From assembly GCA_027925225.1 (NCBI GenBank), contig AP027131.1:630109-662108 (forward strand): DNA of 32,000 bases, in the 5' to 3' direction. This document shows, piece by piece, positions 31,655 through 32,000 of this stretch (position 1 is the first letter of the stretch; each line of letters starts with the position of its first letter). The notes under the pieces are model-generated. The model saw only the letters and a program-made list of their open reading frames with translations. It was not told the origin of the DNA and did not search any database. Made by a program: the position numbers and the translations under genes. Source of the stretch: Candidatus Saccharimonadota bacterium. Lineage in GTDB: Bacteria; Bacillota_I; Bacilli_A; Mycoplasmatales; Hepatoplasmataceae.

Positions 31655-31798
31655 TTATTTTGATGAAGAAGATACCCTTCCTCTTTTTTTGGATCTTCTT
31701 GAGTTTACAACAGAACGACCATTTTTACTAGACATTCTAATTCTAAAACCATGCGTCTTTTTTCTTTTTAACTTATTAGGTTGATATGTTCTTTTCAC
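31655..31798 (-). CDS. rpmH: 50S ribosomal protein L34, 47 aa
   Basis: Reads (GTG)[27 protein letters not shown]. The SD AAGGTGA lies 5 nt upstream of GTG 31798. The stop is TAA at 31655..31657. Confidence 0.85.
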   Translation of the reverse strand: MKRTYQPNKLKRKKTHGFRIRMSSKNGRSVVNSRRSKKRGRVSSSSK

Positions 31799-31829
31799 CT
31801 TACTCACCTTCACTTTTTAATATATATAT

Positions 31830-31838
31830 TGTAGATAA
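31830..31838 (-). promoter_or_regulatory. DnaA-box-like 9-mer TTATCTACA, one mismatch to TTATCCACA
   Basis: The plus strand reads TGTAGATAA, 32 nt upstream of the rpmH start, in the AT-rich region expected to lead to dnaA/oriC. Confidence 0.4.
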
Positions 31839-31937
31839 CACAAAAAAGAGTAAAACACTCCTAATAAAAATTATATAGAAAAGAAATTTAAAAAAACTTA
31901 TTAAAAAGTTGTTAAATTTTTTTTAACATTTTTTAAT

Positions 31938-31959
31938 TGTTAATAAAATGTTAATAAAT
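31938..31959. repeat. Tandem 11-nt repeat, TGTTAATAAAA then TGTTAATAAAT
   Basis: Two head-to-tail copies. The reverse complement contains TTATTAACA, a 2-mismatch DnaA-box relative. Confidence 0.5.
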
Positions 31960-32000
31960 AAAAGAAATAATCTTTTTTTCTTTTAAAATAAAGTGTATAT

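Noticed and set aside
1-32000. Search for CRISPR arrays, IS elements or transposases, integrases, restriction-modification or toxin-antitoxin pairs
   Set aside because: I saw no regularly spaced direct repeats, no terminal inverted repeats flanking an ORF, and no nuclease, recombinase or methylase motifs. The window appears to be core, origin-proximal chromosome.

Overview
Extremely AT-rich, gene-dense window that can only be read with translation table 4 (TGA = Trp), so it looks like a Mollicutes-type genome. I cannot name the species. The supplied ORF track uses TGA as a stop and fragments almost every gene. I merged same-frame fragments after checking codon by codon that only TGA, never TAA or TAG, separates them.

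Contents, left to right:
- A minus-strand tRNA cluster: a partial tRNA at the edge, then Thr, Val, Glu, Asn.
- ktrA and a MATE efflux gene on the plus strand.
- A long minus-strand operon: BMP-family binding protein, ABC ATPase, two permeases, rsmG, phosphoglucomutase/phosphomannomutase.
- An interrupted hypothetical ORF.
- mnmG.
- tRNA-Gly at the end of an operon made of a duplicated-motif membrane protein, a choline-kinase-fold kinase and a Lys-rich hypothetical.
- A plus-strand trio: membrane protein, small hypothetical, metG.
- A minus-strand run: 498-aa membrane protein, ligA, ktrB.
- sodA on the plus strand.
- The minus-strand block rpmH, rnpA, yidC, rpoE, rpmE, prfA, prmC, EIIA-like gene.

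The rpmH-rnpA-yidC block, mnmG/rsmG, and a DnaA-box-like site at the right edge suggest the window abuts oriC.

I found no CRISPR array, no mobile element and no recognisable defence or toxin system. The points most worth a second look:
- A frameshift in prmC inside an A9 tract.
- An 846-aa YidC carrying a ~540-aa acidic extracytoplasmic insertion.
- An uncharacterised three-gene operon at 14010-17115.
- A degenerate orphan EIIA-like gene coupled to prmC.
- A Fe/Mn SOD.
- An ORF interrupted by a single in-frame TAA.

All product names come from motif recognition by eye. No database search was possible.
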